Of a stretch of DNA of 64,000 bases, positions 56,370 to 64,000 are shown piece after piece (the first letter of the stretch is position 1; every line of letters begins with the position of its first letter). The notes beneath the pieces were generated by a model, which had not been told where the DNA came from, made no database searches, and saw only the letters and a list, made by a program, of their open reading frames with translations. Both the position numbers and the translations under genes were made by a program. The DNA lies in assembly GCA_041940425.1 (NCBI GenBank), contig JBGTSF010000015.1, forward strand, positions 5,076 through 69,075, read 5' to 3'. The stretch is from Pyrinomonadaceae bacterium (GTDB lineage: Bacteria; Acidobacteriota; Blastocatellia; Pyrinomonadales; Pyrinomonadaceae).

Positions 56370-57140
56370 TTAATACTCGCTGATACCGAGAATGCTTTGC
56401 AAAAGTTTCGAGAGGAAAAAATCCGCGATAATTATTGCAATTGATGAAATAACAACCGCGTTGGTTGTCGCACGACCGACACCGACGGTTCCGCCGGTCG
56501 TAGATAAACCTTTATGACAGGAAACAATCCCGATTATCAAAGCGAATGCGATTGGTTTGATCGCTCCGCCAATCAAATCTTTTACCCCGACGCCGGCTTT
56601 GACCGATGTAAAATACGCATCCAGATTCAAACCGAAAATATTCGAAGCGACAATTCCGCCGCCCAATATGCCGAGAACGTCGGCGACAACAGTCAATAAC
56701 GGTAAACTTATTATCAAAGCGGTCATCCGCGGCGTAACGAGTTTTCTGATCGGTGATGTTCCGAGCGCGCGCATCGCGTCAATCTGCTGCGAAACGACCA
56801 TCGAACCGAGTTCCGCAGAAATAGCTGAGCCGACTCTGCCGCTGACCATCAACGCCGTCAAAACCGGACCGAGTTCCCGGATGAGTGTCGTCGCCACGCC
56901 GCGTCCGGCTTCCGACTGAACGCCGTAATAGGCGAGCGTCGGATAAGCCTGAAGTATCAAAACGCCGCCCGTAAAAAATCCCGTCAGGATAATAATCACC
57001 AATGAACCGACACCGATATAGTCCATCTGGCGAATAATTTCCGAATAGTATCGGGGTCCTTTGACGATACCGAAAAAGATCCGGTAGATCATATAGGACA
57101 TTTCCTGCAATTCGAAAAGGAATTTTTTGAAAAGGTTCAT
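56370..57140 (-). CDS. mlaE: MlaE-type ABC permease
   Basis: 256-aa polytopic protein of the MlaE/YrbE family (RELGPVLTALMVSGRVGSAI). Confidence 0.9.
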   Translation of the reverse strand: MNLFKKFLFELQEMSYMIYRIFFGIVKGPRYYSEIIRQMDYIGVGSLVIIILTGFFTGGVLILQAYPTLAYYGVQSEAGRGVATTLIRELGPVLTALMVSGRVGSAISAELGSMVVSQQIDAMRALGTSPIRKLVTPRMTALIISLPLLTVVADVLGILGGGIVASNIFGLNLDAYFTSVKAGVGVKDLIGGAIKPIAFALIIGIVSCHKGLSTTGGTVGVGRATTNAVVISSIAIIIADFFLSKLLQSILGISEY

Positions 57141-57194
57141 CGGATAAGAATTACAAAATCTTAATTGCTAAAAGGTTACAATGAAGTTGGGAAA

Positions 57195-57241
57195 ACGACA
57201 AATAAAGAAACAGCCGAAAAAATGATTTCTTCGGCTGTTTC
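57195..57241 (-). terminator. Intrinsic terminator after the LTXXQ gene
   Basis: 12-bp stem at 57207-57218 / 57230-57241. The minus strand is followed by UUUAUUUGUCGUUUU. Confidence 0.7.
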
Positions 57242-57264
57242 GGTAAAATATTTGAGAATTGGGA

Positions 57265-57786
57265 TTATGGTTTTCGCGGCGGCGGTTGCGGGAATTGACT
57301 GTTTTCTCTTTGATTTCGCCTTTGGTTACGCATCCGTATCGGATTTTGCTGTCGTTCGCGCCGCTCCTGCTCGAATCTCTGACGAAGCTCGCGAAAACGA
57401 ATCAATTGTTCGGTCGTCAGAATTTTTCTGATCGAAAATTCGGTGACCGCGCGGATTCTGGCAATCTCGGCTTGCGCGTCCTGAAATTCCTTTAGTCTTT
57501 GCTTGACGGTCGCTTCGTCAGGGTTTTCGGCATAGATCGCCTGATCGAGATTGCGTCTGGTTTCGGCGACTTTATCCTGCGCCGCTCTCATATTTTGCCG
57601 GTTCGACTGATTAATCTGACGAATTTCCCGGATTTGTTCCGGCGATAAACCGAGTTCGCGCAGAAGATTCGGTCTTTGATCCCTCTGATTCGGCGGCGGA
57701 TTATCGTCAAAATTATCCTGCGCCCGAACAAAACCGATGCAGAAAATTAAAATTATAAATACATATAAAAAATTTATTTTAGGCAT
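57265..57786 (-). CDS. Periplasmic LTXXQ-motif (Spy/CpxP-like) protein
   Basis: Signal peptide; LSPEQIREIRQI and LTTEQLIRFREL motifs. Confidence 0.7.
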   Translation of the reverse strand: MPKINFLYVFIILIFCIGFVRAQDNFDDNPPPNQRDQRPNLLRELGLSPEQIREIRQINQSNRQNMRAAQDKVAETRRNLDQAIYAENPDEATVKQRLKEFQDAQAEIARIRAVTEFSIRKILTTEQLIRFRELRQRFEQERRERQQNPIRMRNQRRNQRENSQFPQPPPRKP

Positions 57787-57805
57787 ATTTACACCACCTT
57801 AATAA

Positions 57806-58600
57806 TTAGTCTTTCGATTCGAGTTCGGCAAACAAGTCCGTCAACCGCAAACTGTTGTCTTCGGATTCTTCGGGCAATTCGTAAAGCCGGAGTCTGTTTT
57901 TGTTATTTAAATTTTCGGCGACTTGACCATTATTTATAACGTCAATTGACGAAGATTTCTTTTCGAAGGTTTTAACGGGCTGAGATTTCCGCTTCGTGTT
58001 CGATTTACTGTAAATCCGAACCGGCTCGGATTTTTTATCAATTTTTCTTTCTTTTTGAAAAGCCGAATCAGCCGCCGGATTTTCTCTTTCCGATTCGTTA
58101 TTTTCTTTGGCAATTATTTCTTTATCAGGTTCGACAATATTCTGCGGACTTTCTGCCGACTCATTATTTGAAATTGGCGGGACATTTGAATCGGCAAGCG
58201 AATCTTTTTCATTATTGTTCAAAACAAAAATTCCCAGTCCAAACATCAAAGCAATGATTAACACAGCCGCCGCGCCCGACAAGACCGGTGAGAATGTGAA
58301 ATATCTTCGAATCGTTTCGAATAATGAAACGGAATTTACTGTTTCAACTGTTTTTGTCGCCGCAGTTTGATAAGGAATCGAAATTTCCGGTGTCGAAAGT
58401 TTGTCAAATTCAGCCGCTTTCCATTCACGGATAGAAAATCTCAAACCGGAAAATTCCCGAATCTCGTCGGCGCATTCCGAACATTCATTCAAATGCAGAT
58501 GAAAAGATTTTTCTGCCGCATCATTCAGCTCGCCGTATAAAAAATCGAGCGTTTCGGCGGCGAATTCGCAATTTAAATTTTTGGGGCTGTCGTTTTTCAT
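57806..58600 (-). CDS. Anti-sigma factor (zf-HC2-like) with a single TM helix
   Basis: HLNECSECADEI zinc motif and a central TM helix AAAVLIIALMFGLGIFVL. Lies 2 nt downstream of the ECF sigma gene. Confidence 0.7.
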   Translation of the reverse strand: MKNDSPKNLNCEFAAETLDFLYGELNDAAEKSFHLHLNECSECADEIREFSGLRFSIREWKAAEFDKLSTPEISIPYQTAATKTVETVNSVSLFETIRRYFTFSPVLSGAAAVLIIALMFGLGIFVLNNNEKDSLADSNVPPISNNESAESPQNIVEPDKEIIAKENNESERENPAADSAFQKERKIDKKSEPVRIYSKSNTKRKSQPVKTFEKKSSSIDVINNGQVAENLNNKNRLRLYELPEESEDNSLRLTDLFAELESKD

Positions 58601-58602
58601 TT

Positions 58603-59181
58603 CTAAACAATCTCCAGAGGAGTTCTTTCCAATTTCAGACGCATTTGTTTGAGCGCGGTATAAAGCCGGCTTTTGACCGTGCTGAGCGGAATTTCGAGCG
58701 TTTCCGAAATTTCCTGAAACGTCATTTCCTCGAATTCCTTCATCACGACGATTTGCCGCAATTCCGGCGGAAGAGAATTTATTATCTGCCGGATAACCCG
58801 CGTCGTTTCGTCTTTTTCAAAAAGATGCGACGGGGAATTTCTGATCGGCGCGACGAAGAATTTTTCTTCCTCGTTTTTCTCTTCATCGAGAAAAGTTTCC
58901 GACCGCGTTTTGTCGCGGCGTTTTTTTGTCAAACATTGATTGACGGCGATGCGGTGCAGCCATGATGAAACTTTCGCGTCGCCGCGAAAGTTTTTTAGAT
59001 TCCGGTAAGCGTTGATAAACGCTTCCTGCGTCGCGTCTTTCGCTTCGTCTTCGCGGGCAAGCATACCGTAACAAAGCGCGAAAATCTTGCGCTCCCAACG
59101 ATTTACGATCTCGCCGAAAGCCTCAGGATTTTCCGAAACCGCCAACTCAACCAATTGCTCATCCGTTAAATTCGTCAACAT
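58603..59181 (-). CDS. ECF-type RNA polymerase sigma-70 factor
   Basis: Region 2 (DATQEAFINAYRNL, WLHRIAVNQ) and region 4 HTH (TFQEISETLEIPLSTVKSRL). Confidence 0.9.
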   Translation of the reverse strand: MLTNLTDEQLVELAVSENPEAFGEIVNRWERKIFALCYGMLAREDEAKDATQEAFINAYRNLKNFRGDAKVSSWLHRIAVNQCLTKKRRDKTRSETFLDEEKNEEEKFFVAPIRNSPSHLFEKDETTRVIRQIINSLPPELRQIVVMKEFEEMTFQEISETLEIPLSTVKSRLYTALKQMRLKLERTPLEIV

Positions 59182-59315
59182 TACTCGTGTTTGACCAGCT
59201 TAGCACGAGAATTTTACCAAACGCGCTTTCAAAGACACAAAAAATTTCAGTGTCCGGTTTTTAGACGCTTTTTCTCGTTGAAAAGTCGAAGTGGTTAAAA
59301 ATTTACTTTTTTCGA

Positions 59316-61082
59316 TTACTCCAAACCGAAGAATTTTCTAATTGATTTGAAAACGGTTTTATCTTTCGGATCGGTTTTATCCTTTTTCTGATGTTCGGAC
59401 TTAGCGAGGGCTTCGCGTCTCTCTTCGATAATTTTTCCGAGTGCATTAATAAGTCCGGGATTATTATCAATGATCGGTTTCAGACAAAATTTTCCGATTT
59501 GCAGAACCTGAGTTTCTTCTTTCGCAACGACCGTTGCCGTGCGCGGTTCGCCCGTTAAAAGCCCCATCTCGCCGAAAAACTCGCCTTCGCGCAACGTGCC
59601 GACGATCTGTTTTTTTCCTTGGTCGTCCACCGTCTGAATTTCGACCGAGCCTTTGTGAATGACGAACATCGAACCGCCGGGCTGATCTTTTTCGACGATC
59701 GCTTCGTCGGGCGCGAAAACACGCAGATGCGCGGCATCGGTCAGTTTTTCGGTCTCTTCTTCGGAAAGCGGGGCAAAAATATCAACGTGTTTTATCCGTT
59801 CATAAATCGTGTTTTCCTTTTCGACGGGCGGTTCTTCGGTTTCGGATTTTTCGATATACAGCGTCCGCGTCGGATAGGCGAAATTAATGCCTTCGCGCCG
59901 GAAGGCATACCACACGCGCTGGCGGATAAGCGCGTCGGTCGTGTTGTATTTCGAATAATCATCAAGCCAGTATTTGATTTCCCAATCAATGCCGTTATCG
60001 CCGAGATTTCTGACGCGGACGATCGGGCGGATTTTTGTCGAGACGTTCTCGACCTGGCGGACGGCTTCGCGGACGATCTGGATGGTTTTGGCGGGTGAAT
60101 CGGTGTAAAGAGTGTTAAAGAAAACCAGCCGCGCATTGAGATTGTTCTTCGGCGCGACTTCGATGAATTCTTTGCCGAGAATACTATTGCTGATGACGAG
60201 CAGTTTGTTTTGGAAAGTTCTGATCTTTACACCGCGCCACGTGATGCCTTCGACCACACCGGTGCCTTTTGCGCCAAGAGAAACAACATCTCCAACCTGA
60301 AAAGGCTGATCAGCCTGAAGCGCAAGACCGGAAAAAAGATTTCCGAGCGTGTCCTGCAATGCAAGACCGACCACGATACCGATGATCGTCGAACCGGTAA
60401 AAAGCGGCGCAAGCTCGACGTTCGGATACTGTGATTGAAAAATGATAAAAAATGCGATGATGTAAATCAGGATGATTACGACATTGCGGATCAGACTGGC
60501 TAATTCATTCGAACCACCGGCTCGCAATGCTCTGCTGAAGATCAGAAAATTAAAAAACCGAATTATCGTAATTACAAGCGCAAACCAGAGAATTACGCGG
60601 ACGAGCCGGAAAAAATTGGTCAGAAGAGTTATTGAAAGCTGACTGAGTTCGGTCGGTTTTACTTGCGTTTCGGGTCTGATGATAATGGATTCGCCGCTCG
60701 GTGCGGGTGTTTCGGTGGGCGAGGGCGACGGCGACGGCGACGGAGTCGGCGTCGGTGTCGGTGTCGGCGTTGGAGTTTGAGTCGGCTGATTGGCGTTTAG
60801 ATTACCGCGAACCGGAGTATTTGCGTTTCCGTTTGCTTGATTACTATTGCTGTTGACGATAGTTTCCGGCGTCGGTTCGGGTGTCGGTGTCGGCGTTTCG
60901 GTCGGGGTCGGAGTCGGGGTCTCGACGGGTTTCGGCAGTTCTCTTTCGACCGTCATAAAAAAAGCCGAAACATAATCTTTGATCGGCTTTTCGATAAACG
61001 GAATTAATATCAGAGAAAGAATTATCAGAGTCGAAACGACGAGAGTAATGTAAAATTGTTTTCTAATTTCGGATGCCGCCAT
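59316..61082 (-). CDS. MscS-family mechanosensitive channel with a C-terminal cyclic-nucleotide-binding domain and N-terminal P/T-rich linkers
   Basis: MscS core (GDVVSLGAKGTGVVEGITWRGVKIRT), cNMP motif FFGEMGLLTGEPRTATV, and TPTPTP repeats. Confidence 0.85.
   Translation of the reverse strand: MAASEIRKQFYITLVVSTLIILSLILIPFIEKPIKDYVSAFFMTVERELPKPVETPTPTPTETPTPTPEPTPETIVNSNSNQANGNANTPVRGNLNANQPTQTPTPTPTPTPTPSPSPSPSPTETPAPSGESIIIRPETQVKPTELSQLSITLLTNFFRLVRVILWFALVITIIRFFNFLIFSRALRAGGSNELASLIRNVVIILIYIIAFFIIFQSQYPNVELAPLFTGSTIIGIVVGLALQDTLGNLFSGLALQADQPFQVGDVVSLGAKGTGVVEGITWRGVKIRTFQNKLLVISNSILGKEFIEVAPKNNLNARLVFFNTLYTDSPAKTIQIVREAVRQVENVSTKIRPIVRVRNLGDNGIDWEIKYWLDDYSKYNTTDALIRQRVWYAFRREGINFAYPTRTLYIEKSETEEPPVEKENTIYERIKHVDIFAPLSEEETEKLTDAAHLRVFAPDEAIVEKDQPGGSMFVIHKGSVEIQTVDDQGKKQIVGTLREGEFFGEMGLLTGEPRTATVVAKEETQVLQIGKFCLKPIIDNNPGLINALGKIIEERREALAKSEHQKKDKTDPKDKTVFKSIRKFFGLE
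60716..60775. repeat. Imperfect hexanucleotide tandem repeat encoding the (TP)n/(SP)n linker; a second tract lies at 60867-60922
   Basis: ggcgacggcgacggcgacggagtcggcgtcggtgtcggtgtcggcgt, read directly. Confidence 0.7.
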
Positions 61083-61096
61083 AGAGTTTTTGCATT

Positions 61097-62407
61097 TTAA
61101 CCGAAAATATCCGCAAATGTCATTACAAGAAGCAGAATTGAAAGCGTCGAAACTACTATCGTGATTGTCCAGGCGAAAATGTTAAAGAGCAGAGTGTTTT
61201 TATATTCGCCCATAATTTCCTCGTTATTGGCGAGCGAAACGATGGCGACGAGCAGGAATGGAAGCAAAAGACCGTTGATACACTGCGTAAAGATCAAAAG
61301 CTTGATCTGCGGAATTCCGGGCAAAAGGGCGACAATTGCGCCCACCAGAATTAAAGCCGTAAAAATTCCGAGAAAGATCGGTGCTTCCCTGAAAGTTCTC
61401 GACAGACCTTTTTCAAATCCGAGAGCCTCGCTGATCGAATAAGCCGTCGCCAGCGGAAGAACGCCCATTGCCAACATTGCCGCGCCGAAAAGTCCGATGC
61501 CGAACAGGTATTTAGCGTAATTTCCGGCGACCGGCGCGAGAGCTTCGGCGGCGGTCGCGGCGGAATCGAGTTCGGTTATGCCTTGTTTATTCAAGGTCGC
61601 GGCGGTGCAGATAACGATGAAAGCGGCGATCAAACATGCGAAAAGAGTTCCGACTATCACATCGGCGCGAACAAGTGGCAAATCTTCTTCGTCCATCCGT
61701 TTTTCGACGACCGACGATTGGACGAAAACCTGCATAAACGGTGTGATGGTCGTTCCGATAATGGCGATGACCATAAAGAGATAACCCGTTTCCAGCGAAA
61801 AACTCGGGTTGACGAATTCTTTTCCGACCGTTCCCCAATCGGGATCAGCCATAAAAGCCGAAATGATGTAGCCGAGAAAAACGAGCGACATAATGAGAAA
61901 AACGCGCTCGACGCGCTTTTGCGTTCCTTTGACGACCAGCCACCAGATCAATCCCGCCGTCAGCGGAATCGTAAAATAACGCGGAATTCCGAAAAGCTCG
62001 GAAGCCTGCGCGATGCCGACAAATTCTGAAATTATTACGCCGGAATTTGCGACTAAAAGCGCAAGCATAACAAGCGCCGTCCAGCGCACGCCGAATTGTT
62101 CGCGGATCAGGTCGGCAAGTCCCTGTCCGGTTACAACGCCCATCCTGACGCACATTTCCTGCACGACGATCAAACTCAAAGTTATCGGAATAAAAATCCA
62201 GAGTAGCGTGTAGCCATAGCCCGCGCCGACCGACGAATAGGTGGCAATGCCGCTCGCGTCATTGCCGGCATTGGCGGCGATGATTCCGGGACCAAGAATA
62301 GCGAGATAAGCGAAAAAACGATAATCGGACAGATCACGACGGACACGCGCAGGCTGGCGTTTGAGAGACTGCACAAATTTTCTGAGCGAAAATCCGGTAA
62401 AAATCAT
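61097..62407 (-). CDS. mntH: NRAMP-family divalent metal (Mn2+/Fe2+) transporter
   Basis: GPGIIAANAGNDASGIATYS motif, 436 aa, polytopic. Confidence 0.85.
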   Translation of the reverse strand: MIFTGFSLRKFVQSLKRQPARVRRDLSDYRFFAYLAILGPGIIAANAGNDASGIATYSSVGAGYGYTLLWIFIPITLSLIVVQEMCVRMGVVTGQGLADLIREQFGVRWTALVMLALLVANSGVIISEFVGIAQASELFGIPRYFTIPLTAGLIWWLVVKGTQKRVERVFLIMSLVFLGYIISAFMADPDWGTVGKEFVNPSFSLETGYLFMVIAIIGTTITPFMQVFVQSSVVEKRMDEEDLPLVRADVIVGTLFACLIAAFIVICTAATLNKQGITELDSAATAAEALAPVAGNYAKYLFGIGLFGAAMLAMGVLPLATAYSISEALGFEKGLSRTFREAPIFLGIFTALILVGAIVALLPGIPQIKLLIFTQCINGLLLPFLLVAIVSLANNEEIMGEYKNTLLFNIFAWTITIVVSTLSILLLVMTFADIFG

Positions 62408-62548
62408 TTTTTAATAAATTACTACTGTCGCCGTCGTTCATAATTCGAGACTCAAATAAAACCGTCCGCAGCGGTTCTAGCTGAAAATGGGAACCTGCAA
62501 TTTGTTGACTATAACGCGAAAAACTCAAAGTTAAAAGCCGAAAGGGAA

Positions 62549-63916
62549 TTATCCGATATATTTATTTTTTATGCGAATATCGCGCCCGGAAAACACGCCG
62601 GTTTCAAAATCGTGCAGATTTATTTCGACACAGGATTTATCGAACATTTTCGTAACTTCCCGAAAATCCTGATTGACGCGGCACAGCTCATTGAAAATGA
62701 TTTCGTGCAGTGCGGTTTCTTCGGGCAGATCGTTTTTATAATTTTTGACTTTTTCCAGATGAACGATCAGAGTTCGTTTAAGTTCCTTGTCCTCGTGGCT
62801 TTTAATCTGAAAAGAATTTATTTTGCCGCTCAAAGCAGGATGCGTGTTGATGATTTCTTCCAGATCGGTCGGAAAAACTTTCGCGCCGTAAAACGGAACG
62901 CTCAGATCGCCGCGCCCATGAATGTAAAGAATGGGAAACGCGCTTTGTCTTTCGGCTAAATTTTTTAATTCGATTCCGTTTTCTTTCAGTATCGTTTTTA
63001 ATTTCTTATGTGTGTAAGTTCCGCCTAAATCGCGCAGATTGTATCGAATTTTCGGAGCCGCGCCTTCAAGCCGCAAAATGGTAAACAGAAGTTCGCCTTC
63101 TGGTGAATTTTCGATGATGTAATCGGCGGCATTGTATTGAAAGATCATCGGCGGCGTTTCGCGTCCGAAAAGTTTTTCTGAAAGCATACGATTTTCAAAA
63201 CACAGCCGGCGCAGGGCAATCGTCAGATCGGTTTCAACACCGATATTGATCTCCAGATCGGACGCGCCGTATGAAGAAACGACCGTCTGAAAATATTTCA
63301 AAAGATACGAGCGAAGACCTTCGCTCATTCCCTCGCCGCCGACCACCGCGTCCATTTTATATTCGGCAAGATTGAGCGTCGTATTGTCGAGCCACGCTTT
63401 GATAAACGGCGGGTAGCCGAAGATCAGATAGCGGTAGTTCGGACCGAAAAGCGTCAGGGTGTTTTCTAGTTTTACCGCGTCGGGACCGATTGATTTTAAA
63501 ATTCCGACATCAACCAGAGACATCGAAACATTCATCCCGGTCGCCCATGGTCCGAGCGCGAAGCAATTGAGCAGAATGCACTGGTCGTCATTGTAAATAA
63601 TTTCATAATTTAATTTCAGTATTCTTTTCACGTCGTCGCGTTCGTATTCGCTCCGCACCCAGTTGTTAGGAACGCCCGACGAGCCGGAAGATTCGTCAAT
63701 CACTGTTCCCGGCGCGGGGATTTTTCCGCCGAAACAGCGCGCTTCGAGCGGATATTTTTTGACGTAGTTTTCCTTGGTCATGACGGGAACGTTTTCTATT
63801 TTCCACGCGCCGTTTTCCGAAAAGTTTTCCGCCAAGAGAAATTGCCGGTAAGCAGGGCAGTCGCGCTTTGCTTTGTAAAATACGGCAAACGAACGCAGTC
63901 GCGCGATCCATTCCAA
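62549..63916 (-). CDS. PaaK-like adenylate-forming enzyme (phenylacetate-CoA ligase / coenzyme F390 synthetase family)
   Basis: DESSGSSGVPNNW (P-loop-like SSGSSG) with family-like length and layout. TTG start; the same frame stays open upstream to the window edge. Confidence 0.65.
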   Translation of the reverse strand: MEWIARLRSFAVFYKAKRDCPAYRQFLLAENFSENGAWKIENVPVMTKENYVKKYPLEARCFGGKIPAPGTVIDESSGSSGVPNNWVRSEYERDDVKRILKLNYEIIYNDDQCILLNCFALGPWATGMNVSMSLVDVGILKSIGPDAVKLENTLTLFGPNYRYLIFGYPPFIKAWLDNTTLNLAEYKMDAVVGGEGMSEGLRSYLLKYFQTVVSSYGASDLEINIGVETDLTIALRRLCFENRMLSEKLFGRETPPMIFQYNAADYIIENSPEGELLFTILRLEGAAPKIRYNLRDLGGTYTHKKLKTILKENGIELKNLAERQSAFPILYIHGRGDLSVPFYGAKVFPTDLEEIINTHPALSGKINSFQIKSHEDKELKRTLIVHLEKVKNYKNDLPEETALHEIIFNELCRVNQDFREVTKMFDKSCVEINLHDFETGVFSGRDIRIKNKYIG

Positions 63917-64000
63917 AAAAGGCTGGCTCTGCGGCGCGAACAGAAGCAGATAACCGCGACCGTCGGTACTGATGATCCGGCGGACGATCCATAAAAAATA

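Noticed and set aside
59182-59315. ECF-type autoregulated promoter (AAC-N16/17-CGTC) upstream of the sigma factor gene
   Set aside because: A CGTCTAA element exists on the minus strand, but the only AAC motifs lie 9 or 26 nt away. The spacing does not fit.
62452-62477. Terminator hairpin between the PaaK-like gene and mntH
   Set aside because: The stem is only 5 bp (AACCG/CGGUU) with a 7-nt loop and a weak U tail, which is too weak to call.

Overview
This 64-kb chromosomal segment holds about 60 protein genes and one tRNA. I found no rRNA, CRISPR array, transposase, integrase or phage structural gene. Most of it is housekeeping: ftsY, ribD, rsmA, RNase J, uppP, recJ, an lptC/A-like gene followed by lptB-rpoN-hpf-hprK-rapZ-EIIA(Man)-HPr, arginase, ddl, gap-pgk, tpiA-secG-tRNA-Leu, mlaDFE, an ECF sigma/anti-sigma pair, an MscS/cNMP channel and an NRAMP transporter. 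The host is Gram-negative and plausibly Acidobacteriota. That call is an inference from a TIGR03436-like VWFA protein, a Tat-DUF1501/DUF1800 pair and the rpoN-hprK neighbourhood; nothing was computed.

Five things stand out:
1. A dense Ser/Thr-phosphorylation cluster at 3.5-13.9 kb. It contains zinc-ribbon/FHA proteins, a kinase, an RDD protein, an FHA-GAF-PP2C phosphatase and an HD-GYP protein. It ends in two tandem paralogous membrane proteins that carry a B-box/RING-like eight-ligand zinc finger.
2. A 3.4-kb accessory islet wedged between pgk and tpiA. It holds an HTH-PIN toxin-antitoxin pair, a bare class III cyclase domain, two orphan ORFs and a Uma2 nuclease.
3. Inside that islet, a 137-nt long-stem element with a diverged second copy at the left window edge. 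Five compensatory base-pair changes separate the two copies. Next to it lies an array of seven 21-nt tandem repeats.
4. Six intergenic loci built from tandem heptanucleotide repeats, most paired with a complementary arm. These resemble the STRR repeats of cyanobacteria.
5. A yybP-ykoY-type Mn riboswitch upstream of the TerC gene.

All calls come from reading the sequence and the ORF translations. No database search was run.
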